In this document: positions 1-7,913 of the stretch, piece by piece | Numbering within the stretch: the first letter of the stretch is position 1 | Layout: each line of letters starts with the position of its first letter | Notes under the pieces: generated by a model | Databases searched by the model: none | What the model saw: the letters and a program-made list of their open reading frames with translations, nothing else | What the model was told of the DNA's origin: nothing | Made by a program: the position numbers and the translations under genes | DNA from: Selaginella moellendorffii | Lineage: Eukaryota > Plantae > Lycopodiophyta | Direction of reading: 5' to 3' | DNA length: 9,540 nucleotides | Assembly: GCF_000143415.4 (NCBI RefSeq) | Contig: NW_003314328.1 | Location: forward strand, 230,683-240,222

Positions 1-506
1 GTTTTATAATATCTATGTTATTATTTATTAAAGTATTTGAGTAAGGCTTTTTCTACCTATACTCGTGTTCATGCCCCTGCGTGCAAAATAGTTACAAATA
101 AACAGAGACATGAAAGTAGAAGGAGAGAAGAAGAATAAAAATGAGAAGATTGAGAATAGAATAAAATAGAACTCAACCTCAAATCCTAAAGGTGTGAGTA
201 AAGATAAGCATATGTCACTCTTTCCACTCTACTTTGCATAAACAGTTATAGGCGGAAGAAAAAATGGTTGATTCAATGCAAATGCATACAATAATGAATG
301 GGGGTTATTTTTCAGTACGTTTAAGTGATGCTTATATATTATATGATTTTATAACCATTCCTAACTGCTTCTCATATAGGTCGAGTTTTTATTCTTTAGA
401 TGTCTAAACTTAAACGTAACTTTATTTCGCTTAAGGTTTCTTCTTTTGTTCTACCTGGGAAGATATACAAGATAAAACATTTACCTCTTTATCACTCCCC
501 CACCAC
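1..506 (-). mobile_element. LTR-like non-coding sequence with candidate PPT/LTR boundary
   Basis: The minus strand reads TGTGGTGGGGGAG-TGATAAAG directly after the extra-ORF remnant. This is either PPT (495-504) plus an LTR starting TG at 494, or the TG terminus (506) of another inserted element. The sequence is AT-rich with no coding frame, and no partner LTR is visible in the window. Confidence 0.35.
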
Positions 507-510
507 AAGA

Positions 511-1320
511 TATTACCTATTCTCAAACAATTAAATTCTCCAAATCCTACTTTAGGTTACTAAGCTTAGTCTTGATAGTGACAAGCTCGACACTTTGGTG
601 TAGATCATCGAGTTCCTAATGCATAATCTAATTCTCCTAGTTGAGTATAGCAATGCACTAGTCCTAGCGGTTGATGCACTTTACATTAGTGGAACTTGGG
701 ATTGTGCTTTTGAGCTCTTGGATTATATAGCGCTGATGATTCTACTCACCTATGACTCTATCCACTTTCTTGATGATTGTCTTAAGGTAGCTCAAGACTT
801 GTATGCAATGCTTTATAATTTCCTTGTCTTTTACCGGATGTATTAGCTCGTTAACTAGTTACTTGCCTCCCTTGATGTGTTGAGCAAGCTCCTCCATGAA
901 GCTTTGAACTGCTAGCTTACTAGGCTGACTTGTAGACTTGTGCACGAAAGCACGTCTAGCCTAAACCTTATAGTGCTGTTGCGGCATCTACTGTTGCAGT
1001 GGCTATCTCATCTTGCTAGACTTATCAGCTGAGGGTGTGTCACTATCAGATGCATAAGTGGACTAAAGAAAATTTAACCCATATTTTTCCAATTCACTTA
1101 GACCCTCTTTTGTAGCCTTGTCCTCTTTGTCTTGTTGAGTTTCTTGGTCGTGATCTTCTTGGTCTAAACTCACTTCATTGGCTGTATCTATAGCCAATGG
1201 TTTTACAACATTTGTAGACATGTTATGTGTTAGACTTTATGGCCTAAATTCTGGAATTTCTTATACAATTTCAGCATCTTTCATTTGCTTAGTGTTGTCC
1301 ATTTATGTGCTTATCACTTC
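511..1320 (-). pseudogene. Retrotransposon extra ORF, copy 1 (C-terminal disordered and coiled-coil part), decayed
   Basis: A single minus frame with no frameshift but many TAG/TAA stops: EVIST*MDNTKQMKDAEIV*EIPEFRP*...QDKEDKATKEGLSELEKY...MPQQHYKV*ARRAFVHKSTSQPSKLAVQSFMEELAQHIKGGK...VLSYLKTIIKKVDRV...ELDDLHQSVELVTIKTKLSNLK*DLENLIV. Bases 601-1320 are colinear with 7914-8639. Confidence 0.75.
601..1320. repeat. Dispersed direct repeat, copy A (pairs with 7914-8639)
   Basis: 720 bp versus 726 bp, colinear, roughly 80-85% identical by eye, with differences mostly transitions. The only indel seen is 6 bp and frame-preserving. Confidence 0.95.
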
Positions 1321-1743
1321 CCCCACGATAGAGTAAAATTGTATCCTTAAGACAAAGAACTTTTTCTTTGGTATGTTATAGTGGGGTGGAATTGTGTCTA
1401 TAAAGAGATAGATTTGTATATTTTCCAACCAAGTGGTGGGCACAAAGATTGCAAATAAGTGAGCATCTGGGAGTTTGTCTACCTTAGTATTAGGTGACTC
1501 TCCTGTAGTGATGTAGCTTAGGCAATCAGCCTGTTCATAAAATTTTCCAAGTCTATATACTATTTCAAGATTATATTTTTATAATAGTAAAAACCATTTA
1601 GTTAGTCAAGTAAATATGTATGGTTTGTTGATGAGATATAAAAAAGCCTTATGATCAGCAAAGATAATTATTTTTTTTGCCAAAAGATAATGCCTAAATT
1701 TTTGTAAAGTGTAAATTACGCCTAAGGCTTCTTTTTTAGTCGT
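1321..1743 (-). pseudogene. pol: Ty3/Gypsy RNase H C-terminal half and RNase H-integrase linker, truncated before the integrase core
   Basis: Manual minus-strand translation (141 codons, not in the ORF track): TTKKEALGVIYTLQKFRHYLLAKKIIIFADHKAFLYLINKPYIFT*LTKWFLLL*KYNLEIVYRLGKFYEQADCLSYITTGESPNTKVDKLPDAHLFAIFVPTTWLENIQIYLFIDTIPPHYNIPKKKFFVLRIQFYSIVG. This matches the Ty3 RNase H motifs TTxxEAL, KFRHYLL, DHxAL, W.LLL.EY, ADxLS and the LPDAxLF linker. It has two in-frame stops. Confidence 0.95.
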
Positions 1744-2334
1744 NNNNNNNNNNNNNNNNNNNNNNNNNNNNNNNNNNNNNNNNNNNNNNNNNNNNNNNNN
1801 NNNNNNNNNNNNNNNNNNNNNNNNNNNNNNNNNNNNNNNNNNNNNNNNNNNNNNNNNNNNNNNNNNNNNNNNNNNNNNNNNNNNNNNNNNNNNNNNNNNN
1901 NNNNNNNNNNNNNNNNNNNNNNNNNNNNNNNNNNNNNNNNNNNNNNNNNNNNNNNNNNNNNNNNNNNNNNNNNNNNNNNNNNNNNNNNNNNNNNNNNNNN
2001 NNNNNNNNNNNNNNNNNNNNNNNNNNNNNNNNNNNNNNNNNNNNNNNNNNNNNNNNNNNNNNNNNNNNNNNNNNNNNNNNNNNNNNNNNNNNNNNNNNNN
2101 NNNNNNNNNNNNNNNNNNNNNNNNNNNNNNNNNNNNNNNNNNNNNNNNNNNNNNNNNNNNNNNNNNNNNNNNNNNNNNNNNNNNNNNNNNNNNNNNNNNN
2201 NNNNNNNNNNNNNNNNNNNNNNNNNNNNNNNNNNNNNNNNNNNNNNNNNNNNNNNNNNNNNNNNNNNNNNNNNNNNNNNNNNNNNNNNNNNNNNNNNNNN
2301 NNNNNNNNNNNNNNNNNNNNNNNNNNNNNNNNNN
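1744..2334. other. Assembly gap (591 N)
   Basis: Run of N between RT and RNase H, of about the size needed to hold the missing RT thumb and RNase H start. Confidence 0.99.
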
Positions 2335-2374
2335 TAACGGAGTCTATCGAAAATCTCGGGATGCGCCTTTCTCT

Positions 2375-2755
2375 ACATTTCTCTGGATTAAGAGAAATGC
2401 TATATTCTTTACATTTTTGGAAATATTTTTGCAAGAAAATTAAATGTTCCTTTTTGGAGCTAAAGACACCAAAATCATCCATGAAAACTCTTATAAAATT
2501 AATGAGATATTCTCTGAAAGTATCCGTAACAACTCTTTAAAATGTAAAAGGAGTATTGCATAAACCAAAAGGCATTTTGCAATAAGTATAACATCCCCAT
2601 AGACTTATAAAAGTCATTTTATATTGATCTTCAGATGCTATTTCCACCTGGTTATACCTAGAGAATCCATCTAAAAATGAATACATCTTATGACCTACTT
2701 CTGAATCTAAAATTTCATTTGTGAAAGGAATAAGGAACATATCCTTTTTTGTTGA
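2375..2755 (-). pseudogene. pol: Ty3/Gypsy reverse transcriptase fragment (non-chromovirus, Athila-like FMDD type)
   Basis: One minus frame reads STKKDMFLIPFTNEILDSEVGHKMYSFLDGFSRYNQVEIASEDQYKMTFISLWGCYTYCKMPFGLCNTPFTF*RVVTDTFREYLINFIRVFMDDFGVFSSKKEHLIFLQKYFQKCKEYSISLNPEKC. It contains the Ty3 RT motifs FLDGFSxYNQ, MPFGLCN, FMDD (2474-2485) and LNPEKC. There is one TAA at 2537-2539 where Q of the conserved FQR is expected. The RT N-terminus (RxCVDYRxLN) is not recognisable upstream. Confidence 0.96.
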
Positions 2756-2891
2756 ATAAAGATCAACTTATGAAATTAACTTAATTTCAAAGAAAGCTTC
2801 TAAGATTTATTGTTTTTGGAAATCATCTATGCCTTCCTTTCAATCATAAAATTGAGTTTTAAGGGGAAAAAATCTATACCTATTACTTCCA

Positions 2892-3200
2892 CTATATAGT
2901 TGGAAAGGAAAGATTAATGGTCTCTTCATCGACTAGGAAGAAAAGCGGGATTGTCAAACCCCAAATCGGCTGGCATGTGGTGGGTGGGGCAGCCGTCCCT
3001 GTCCTCCACTCAAAATGGAGGATGTGTGTCTTTGCCAAGACTTCACCATTTCCTGACAAGATAAGTCTGTCCATTACTGCACAATATGGATTTGAGGAGG
3101 AGTTATAGGAAGTGAATTCCTCAATGTGGTATCTACTAGGATGTCTATATCCTTTTTGCTAGAGAGATTTATATGGTATTTTAGCTCTCTTTGCAAGCAT
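2892..3200 (-). pseudogene. Possible gag N-terminal remnant
   Basis: Extending ORF 2892-3074 upstream through one TAG (3159-3161) gives MLAKRAKIPYKSL*QKGYRHPSRYHIEEFTSYNSSSNPYCAVMDRLILSG... It lies between the candidate PBS/leader and RT on the same strand. No diagnostic gag motif was seen, so the call is positional only. Confidence 0.3.
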
Positions 3201-4440
3201 GAATACCTTCCATGTGCTCTAGGAATAGTTGCAAACCATTGTGGGTTCCAAGTGCTTGAAAGTCAGGTATAAAATGTTTGTTGCCCAGCAAATGCCTACT
3301 CTTGGGAAATGTTTTTGAACCTCAGTATCTCCACGATTAGTTTGGGGCAACCCAAGATTAAAATAAATGATCCTGAGTCACATCATGAAGCTACTACCTC
3401 TCCAAGTCTTTGAGAATGGAAAAATCCTTCATAAATGCCCAAAACTTCACTTCCTCACTAGAAACTCAATGTGTGGTGGATGGATCTACCCAATAAATGG
3501 CTTAGAATGGCAAGGATCTCTAGACTCTTACAGAGAATCAGCTAGAAAGCAAGGAACTTTTGCTGTGAAAACCCATGGAGCACAAGGATTGTGAGAGTAA
3601 AGTGTATATGTGTGAGAAAAATGGCTCAAAATCATAGGAAACTTCACCAAAACGGTTGTGCTATGGCATAAAAGAAAGGGCAGACCTAGGCATACTTTTT
3701 CCAACAAATCATATCAAAAACAGATCACCAAATCACAAGTTATCGCCCTTCAAAGTTTGCTCTAACTCTTTGAGAAAGGGAAAATGACTCTCATCATTGA
3801 CTTTGTGCGCCAATTTTGCTGAGACTGGACTCATTGGAATTTTGAGAAAGCCCTAAAGAAACCCAAGAGGAGAAAGAGAGGTAAGAAACCCTCAAATGCT
3901 AGGAATCTCTCTCATAAAGACAAAGAAATGCGTGAGACAAAAGAAAAGCTCTCTCCATGGATTCTGTCTTGAAGAATGCTTGGGCTTGGTGCACCTCAAA
4001 TATAGAGTAGAGCTTAAGCTTTCCAGCACCTACACTCCCATGCAAATTCACTCTCTACATTGCAAGAAATTGACATTGGAACATTGCACACTAAGGCTAA
4101 AAAAAAGAGAAACACTTTGCATATCACTCTCTCAGCCAAATCTACTGTTGTGCCATAGCTTGTTGGAAAGAGGAGTTCTTAAGCTACTCAACACCACAAA
4201 CACCATAGGAAATTGTGATTGAGAATTCTGGTCCAAAAGCAAATATGCCTAAGGAAGCCCTCAAGAAAGATCCTAAAGAGAAGAAATTTCTGCTCTCCTA
4301 ACTATGGGCATGCTCAAATTTTATTGTGCCATATACTCAAATAGTTGCCATGCATTCCAAAGACCCGCAAAAGAAAAATCTCCCAAGGAAGAATGATAGA
4401 AAGCATGACTCCATCTCTCAAAAACTCCATAGATCATTTA

Positions 4441-4455
4441 CCCCGGTGTTCACCA
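4441..4455 (-). promoter_or_regulatory. Candidate primer-binding site of the Gypsy element
   Basis: Minus strand TGGTGAACACCGGGG starts with TGG and follows a CA-ending sequence, either the 212-bp LTR (2-nt spacer) or, with that LTR removed, GTGGTCA plus AAAG. It is on the same strand as and upstream of pol. The cognate tRNA was not identified. Confidence 0.4.
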
Positions 4456-4457
4456 CT

Positions 4458-4669
4458 TGTTGAGGAATGGGAGATCCCCAACCATGCCTAAACACTCAAC
4501 ACTTTACTCATGCTCTAGGTGCATTTCCAAAACTCCATTTCTTTTGCCCCCCTAGTGACTTAGTAGGCTTTTATACAATATACTAGAATATTCTAGGAAT
4601 TAGAATATACTCTAGATCTCTTGTCTCTCTCATATAGCTAATAGCTCATAAATAGCTCGTATCTCAACA
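4458..4669 (-). mobile_element. 212-bp LTR, probably a solo LTR (Copia-like size and termini)
   Basis: 7-bp inverted termini TGTTGAG...CTCAACA. The flanks ccact (4453-4457) and acact (4670-4674) match 4/5, as expected of an aged TSD. TATAAAAG lies on the minus strand at 4568-4575. Confidence 0.7.
4568..4596 (-). promoter_or_regulatory. LTR promoter: heat-shock-element palindrome plus TATA box
   Basis: CTAGAATATTCTAG (4583-4596) fits the classical HSE consensus CTnGAAnnTTCnAG and lies 7 bp upstream of TATAAAAG (4568-4575) in the minus orientation. Confidence 0.55.
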
Positions 4670-5100
4670 ACACTTTTGACCACTTCACAACTTCCATAAG
4701 TCTTTATCCCAACTTAGGGTATTTGTAAGACCACAAAGATGGCATTAAAACCATATTGTTTTTACACTTAATCCAAGTGCTGTTTATTTTTTGCTTTAGA
4801 CACCCCAAGTTATTATTGATATACCAACCTTTTACACTAAGGCTATGTCTATTCTCACTTGCCTTATTAGTAGTGCAAGACCATTTATGCTATAAACCCG
4901 TCTTTCCAAGACCAAATCATTCAGTCTATGAGTGGTTATAACAATATCCTTAATGTCTTATCTTCAATTTCCACTAAATCCCTTTCCAATTATATTAGGC
5001 CCAGATCAAGATAATAAGGTAAAATCCTATCCCTCACACCCTAAGCTAACTAGCTAAAGGGGTGATCATTTGACTATAGAGTCTTTTCTTATATTGTAAT

Positions 5101-5581
5101 CAAAGAGAATAAGTTAATAGATGATTTTTAGGGTTCAAATATAGAGGGAAAAGGCCCATAAATAAGAGTGTGTCCTCTTTTCTATTAGTTAATGGTCTTA
5201 AGATATTTGGGGTTAAGTGTCCTTGAGTTTGAATAATACTAAGTTAAGTGCTTATATTTGGCATTATAGCACATGTCAGGATTAACATCTAGTAGATCCA
5301 GTTTGCTTTTAGTTGAGCTCGACTCGAGGGGTAGAGTGTCAAGAGAGTGGGGCTCTTGAGAGAGTTGTGGCTTTCAGCTTTTATTCATGAGGGTGTAAAT
5401 TTGTAGGAAAGTGTGATGGATTATAAATAGCTAAAAAGAATAACTCAAGAGACAATTTGTAAAGTTCAAATATAGAAAGAAAGGGCTTATAAATAATAAT
5501 GCACCCCTTTTTTTATTGATTAAAGGTCTTAGGATACTTAGGGTTATATGTATTTTGGTTTGAATAATACTAAGTTAAATG
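5101..5581. repeat. Degenerate ~150-bp direct repeat (5101-5250 and 5431-5581), probably inside an LTR or UTR
   Basis: Shared blocks gttcaaatataga, ataaataa, ggtctta and gtttgaataatactaagttaa occur in the same order about 330 bp apart, roughly 75% identical by eye. Confidence 0.8.
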
Positions 5582-5966
5582 AACTCCCAAGAAATCCAAA
5601 TTTAAGAGCTTACATATTAGAGTTGTAAGCAATCAAAGAAAACGACTTGAGAGATGGTCCTAGAGTGAATATTGATAGATAAGCGGGGTGACTTAGTAAA
5701 GTGTTCAAATGTTAGTTCTAGGTCCCCTAGGAGATTAAATGGTTAATGCTCCCAATCTAAGTGTGAATGGCACTATCTACTTAAATACTTTATGTGGTTT
5801 ATTAGAACCTCACTCTAACCACATGGTTGGGGCACTCTAGTGGTGGAAGGTGGGGGGAGTACCCATAAGGCTCACATTGAGCCACAGTGTTTCAAAATAT
5901 TAACCCAAAATCCCAAACTGTGGAAAAGAAGAGGAATGTCTTCTTATGTAGTGACTAAAAGTATAA

Positions 5967-6177
5967 NNNNNNNNNNNNNNNNNNNNNNNNNNNNNNNNNN
6001 NNNNNNNNNNNNNNNNNNNNNNNNNNNNNNNNNNNNNNNNNNNNNNNNNNNNNNNNNNNNNNNNNNNNNNNNNNNNNNNNNNNNNNNNNNNNNNNNNNNN
6101 NNNNNNNNNNNNNNNNNNNNNNNNNNNNNNNNNNNNNNNNNNNNNNNNNNNNNNNNNNNNNNNNNNNNNNNNNNNNN
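5967..6177. other. Assembly gap (211 N)
   Basis: Run of N. Confidence 0.99.
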
Positions 6178-6823
6178 GACTTGGACTAAGTGTGACGTTA
6201 ATGTGGTTTTTTCATTGGGTTTTACTTATTTAACCTCTAAAAAACCATAGATTTTGATTTTAACATGCTCAAAACCGGAAAAAAACATTTAGGGGGGTGA
6301 GGGGGATAGTGGAACTCAAGTTTGTGTTTGTGGTGGTCTAGATAGTTAAAGTCCTCAAGGGGAGTCCATTGAACTTAGGGAAATACACATTCTGTTGTTC
6401 TTGGATAAGTGCTACCAAAACCATAGTGGTCGTTTCCATGTCCATTTTTTTCACGAGCCTTGCTTTCATATCTAAAGAAGGGTCAAAAGACTTGTTCCTT
6501 AGCAATTTTTCCTTTATCTCCTCTCTTTACAATATGTCAAGTTAGGATGCCAAAACAACAATCAATCACAACCAAACTCTTGAGATTGTTGTCCAAGCCA
6601 AGGGGTTCTTATTATCAAACATCCTTCTAGATCTCCACAAAAGTACATCCCTTAAAGACATTAAAGAGGTCATAATGAAGATATGTGATGTGTGTACATA
6701 TTTGGTTATGTTGATCGAAGTGGGGGTCCTCATTATGTCTTTATTTCCAAATGTATAAGAGCTTAACCTTTCCTTGTAGGAAGTAGCCCCCATTATATAG
6801 CCGATTCATAGATTATAGTTGTG

Positions 6824-7141
6824 TGTAGCCCACTTTATCTCTCTCCCCTTAAGTCAATTGGAAAAGAGGCAATTACTTGATGAAAGAGCCTTTAATGGCT
6901 ATTTTATCCCCATTTATCCCCTAAGGTTCCAAGGATCCATAGTGACAGTATATCCAAATCTCATCCCATGATCACATGCGCTACACTCACCCCCCTTTTT
7001 GAGATGTCAATGTCCTCATTGATTATTGACTAACAACCCCTACTGAGCCAATGGGAACCAACACCTCCATTTCTGCACTAAATCTAGCAATCTTTCTATT
7101 GTGTAGATTAGCTATTCCATCCCATGATCACATGTGCTACA
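6824..7141 (-). mobile_element. 318-bp internally deleted LTR retrotransposon with 5-bp TSD (probably chromovirus-derived)
   Basis: Ends are TGTAGC...GCTACA (perfect 6-bp inverted termini), flanked by ttgtg at 6819-6823 and 7142-7146. The first 24 bp of the 5' LTR (7118-7141) repeat at 6962-6985 with 1 mismatch. The purine tract AAAAAAGGGGGTGAG lies directly before the 162-bp 3' LTR (6824-6985). Confidence 0.88.
6986..7000 (-). promoter_or_regulatory. Polypurine tract of the 318-bp LTR element
   Basis: Minus strand AAAAAAGGGGGTGAG abuts the TGTAGCG start of the 3' LTR. Confidence 0.8.
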
Positions 7142-7913
7142 TTGTGCCTCCCTGAGAGGTTTGTTTGAGAATTGCCATAGCTCCCTCCCAAACTTCTTGT
7201 GTTGTTGAACATTCCCATAAGATGTGGCACTATGCCTCTTTTGCTCTGCAAAGATTGCAAACTCTATTTAGGAGATGTATTGCTACAAGTGAGGGGAAGC
7301 ACTCTTGCTGGGCCAGCCATATGAAGTATTGAGTCTTAGTGGATTAGTGGCCTTTCCAGATTTTGTTTACACACTGTGGATAGTTCCAAAATGGGATCTA
7401 TTGTGCTTTCGCTTTCTTGACGAATGTGGACTGTACTGAGGGGCAAGCTACTCTTTGACCAAATTTGGTCTTGTATTGAAAGCATCTTTTACAAATGTCC
7501 CTCCATTCCCATTCTGCTAGGTCCCATTTTAGTTCTTTCATTGTTTGGTGGCAAAACCAATAGAGTTAGATGTATTGTCATTCTAGTATTGTTGAGTCTT
7601 GGGGGTGACAATGGGGAGTAGCCATTCTCACATGTCCCACCATAAAGATAAATCTAAAGACCATATTGGGAAGTGCGTAGATGATAGTGTCATTAAACTT
7701 CCACCATCAATGATGGGGAGTCTCAAAAAGTTGTAGTGTTGCCAAACATGTTTGCCTAGCTTTATGGAAGGCAGTTTAAAATTTTTGCATCCTATATTCC
7801 AAAACGTTTGGGCCATAGAAGGCTCTTATCCAATCGCAATTGTTAGCCATATGTTGTTCTTGGATCATAGTGTAGGCCTTTGTGAAAGTGCATAGTTCTG
7901 CTTTGTGTAGACA

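Larger units (their letters stand above)
6200..7913 (-). mobile_element. 5'-truncated L1-clade LINE remnant (ORF2 C-terminus with zf-RVT zinc knuckle), interrupted by an LTR element
   Basis: The minus frame reads ...WDLAEWEWRDICKRCFQYKTKFGQRV...VNKIWKGH*STKTQYFIWLAQQECFPSLVAIHLLNRVCNLCRAKEA*CHILWECSTTQEVWEG. This is the plant L1 IW-K-F-W and C-x2-C-x7-H-x4-C-x5-W pattern (Cys/His core 7209-7259). Downstream LLWRSRRMFDN resembles the W..Rn...F motif. The 3' end (A-rich on the minus strand near 6205-6232) is approximate. Confidence 0.82.

Noticed and set aside
619-846. Plus-strand ORFs 619-846 and 7932-8234 as a duplicated small hydrophobic protein gene
   Set aside because: They are antisense shadows of the K/E/Q-rich minus-strand frame, which extends well beyond them and joins the larger ORF. 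Their Leu-rich composition is what antisense of such codons produces.
1736-2482. 248-aa ORF in the track
   Set aside because: It is mostly N-gap. Only the first ~36 residues are real RT, and the RNase H after the gap is in a different frame.
2917-4941. Short plus-strand ORFs 2917-3108, 3367-3594, 3896-4222 and 4756-4941
   Set aside because: They have no protein motifs and lie in leader or LTR-like DNA, antisense to the element.
5841-5860. tggtggaaggtggggggagt as a PBS or PPT on the plus strand
   Set aside because: There is no adjacent CA or TG LTR boundary in the expected position and no associated coding remnant.
5840-6250. 136-aa ORF in the track
   Set aside because: It spans the N-gap and has no recognisable motif on either side.
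6962-7141. 24-bp direct repeat as a CRISPR repeat or long TSD
   Set aside because: There are only two copies, 132 bp apart, in a eukaryotic context. They are fully explained as the starts of 5' and 3' LTRs with a PPT and a separate 5-bp TSD.
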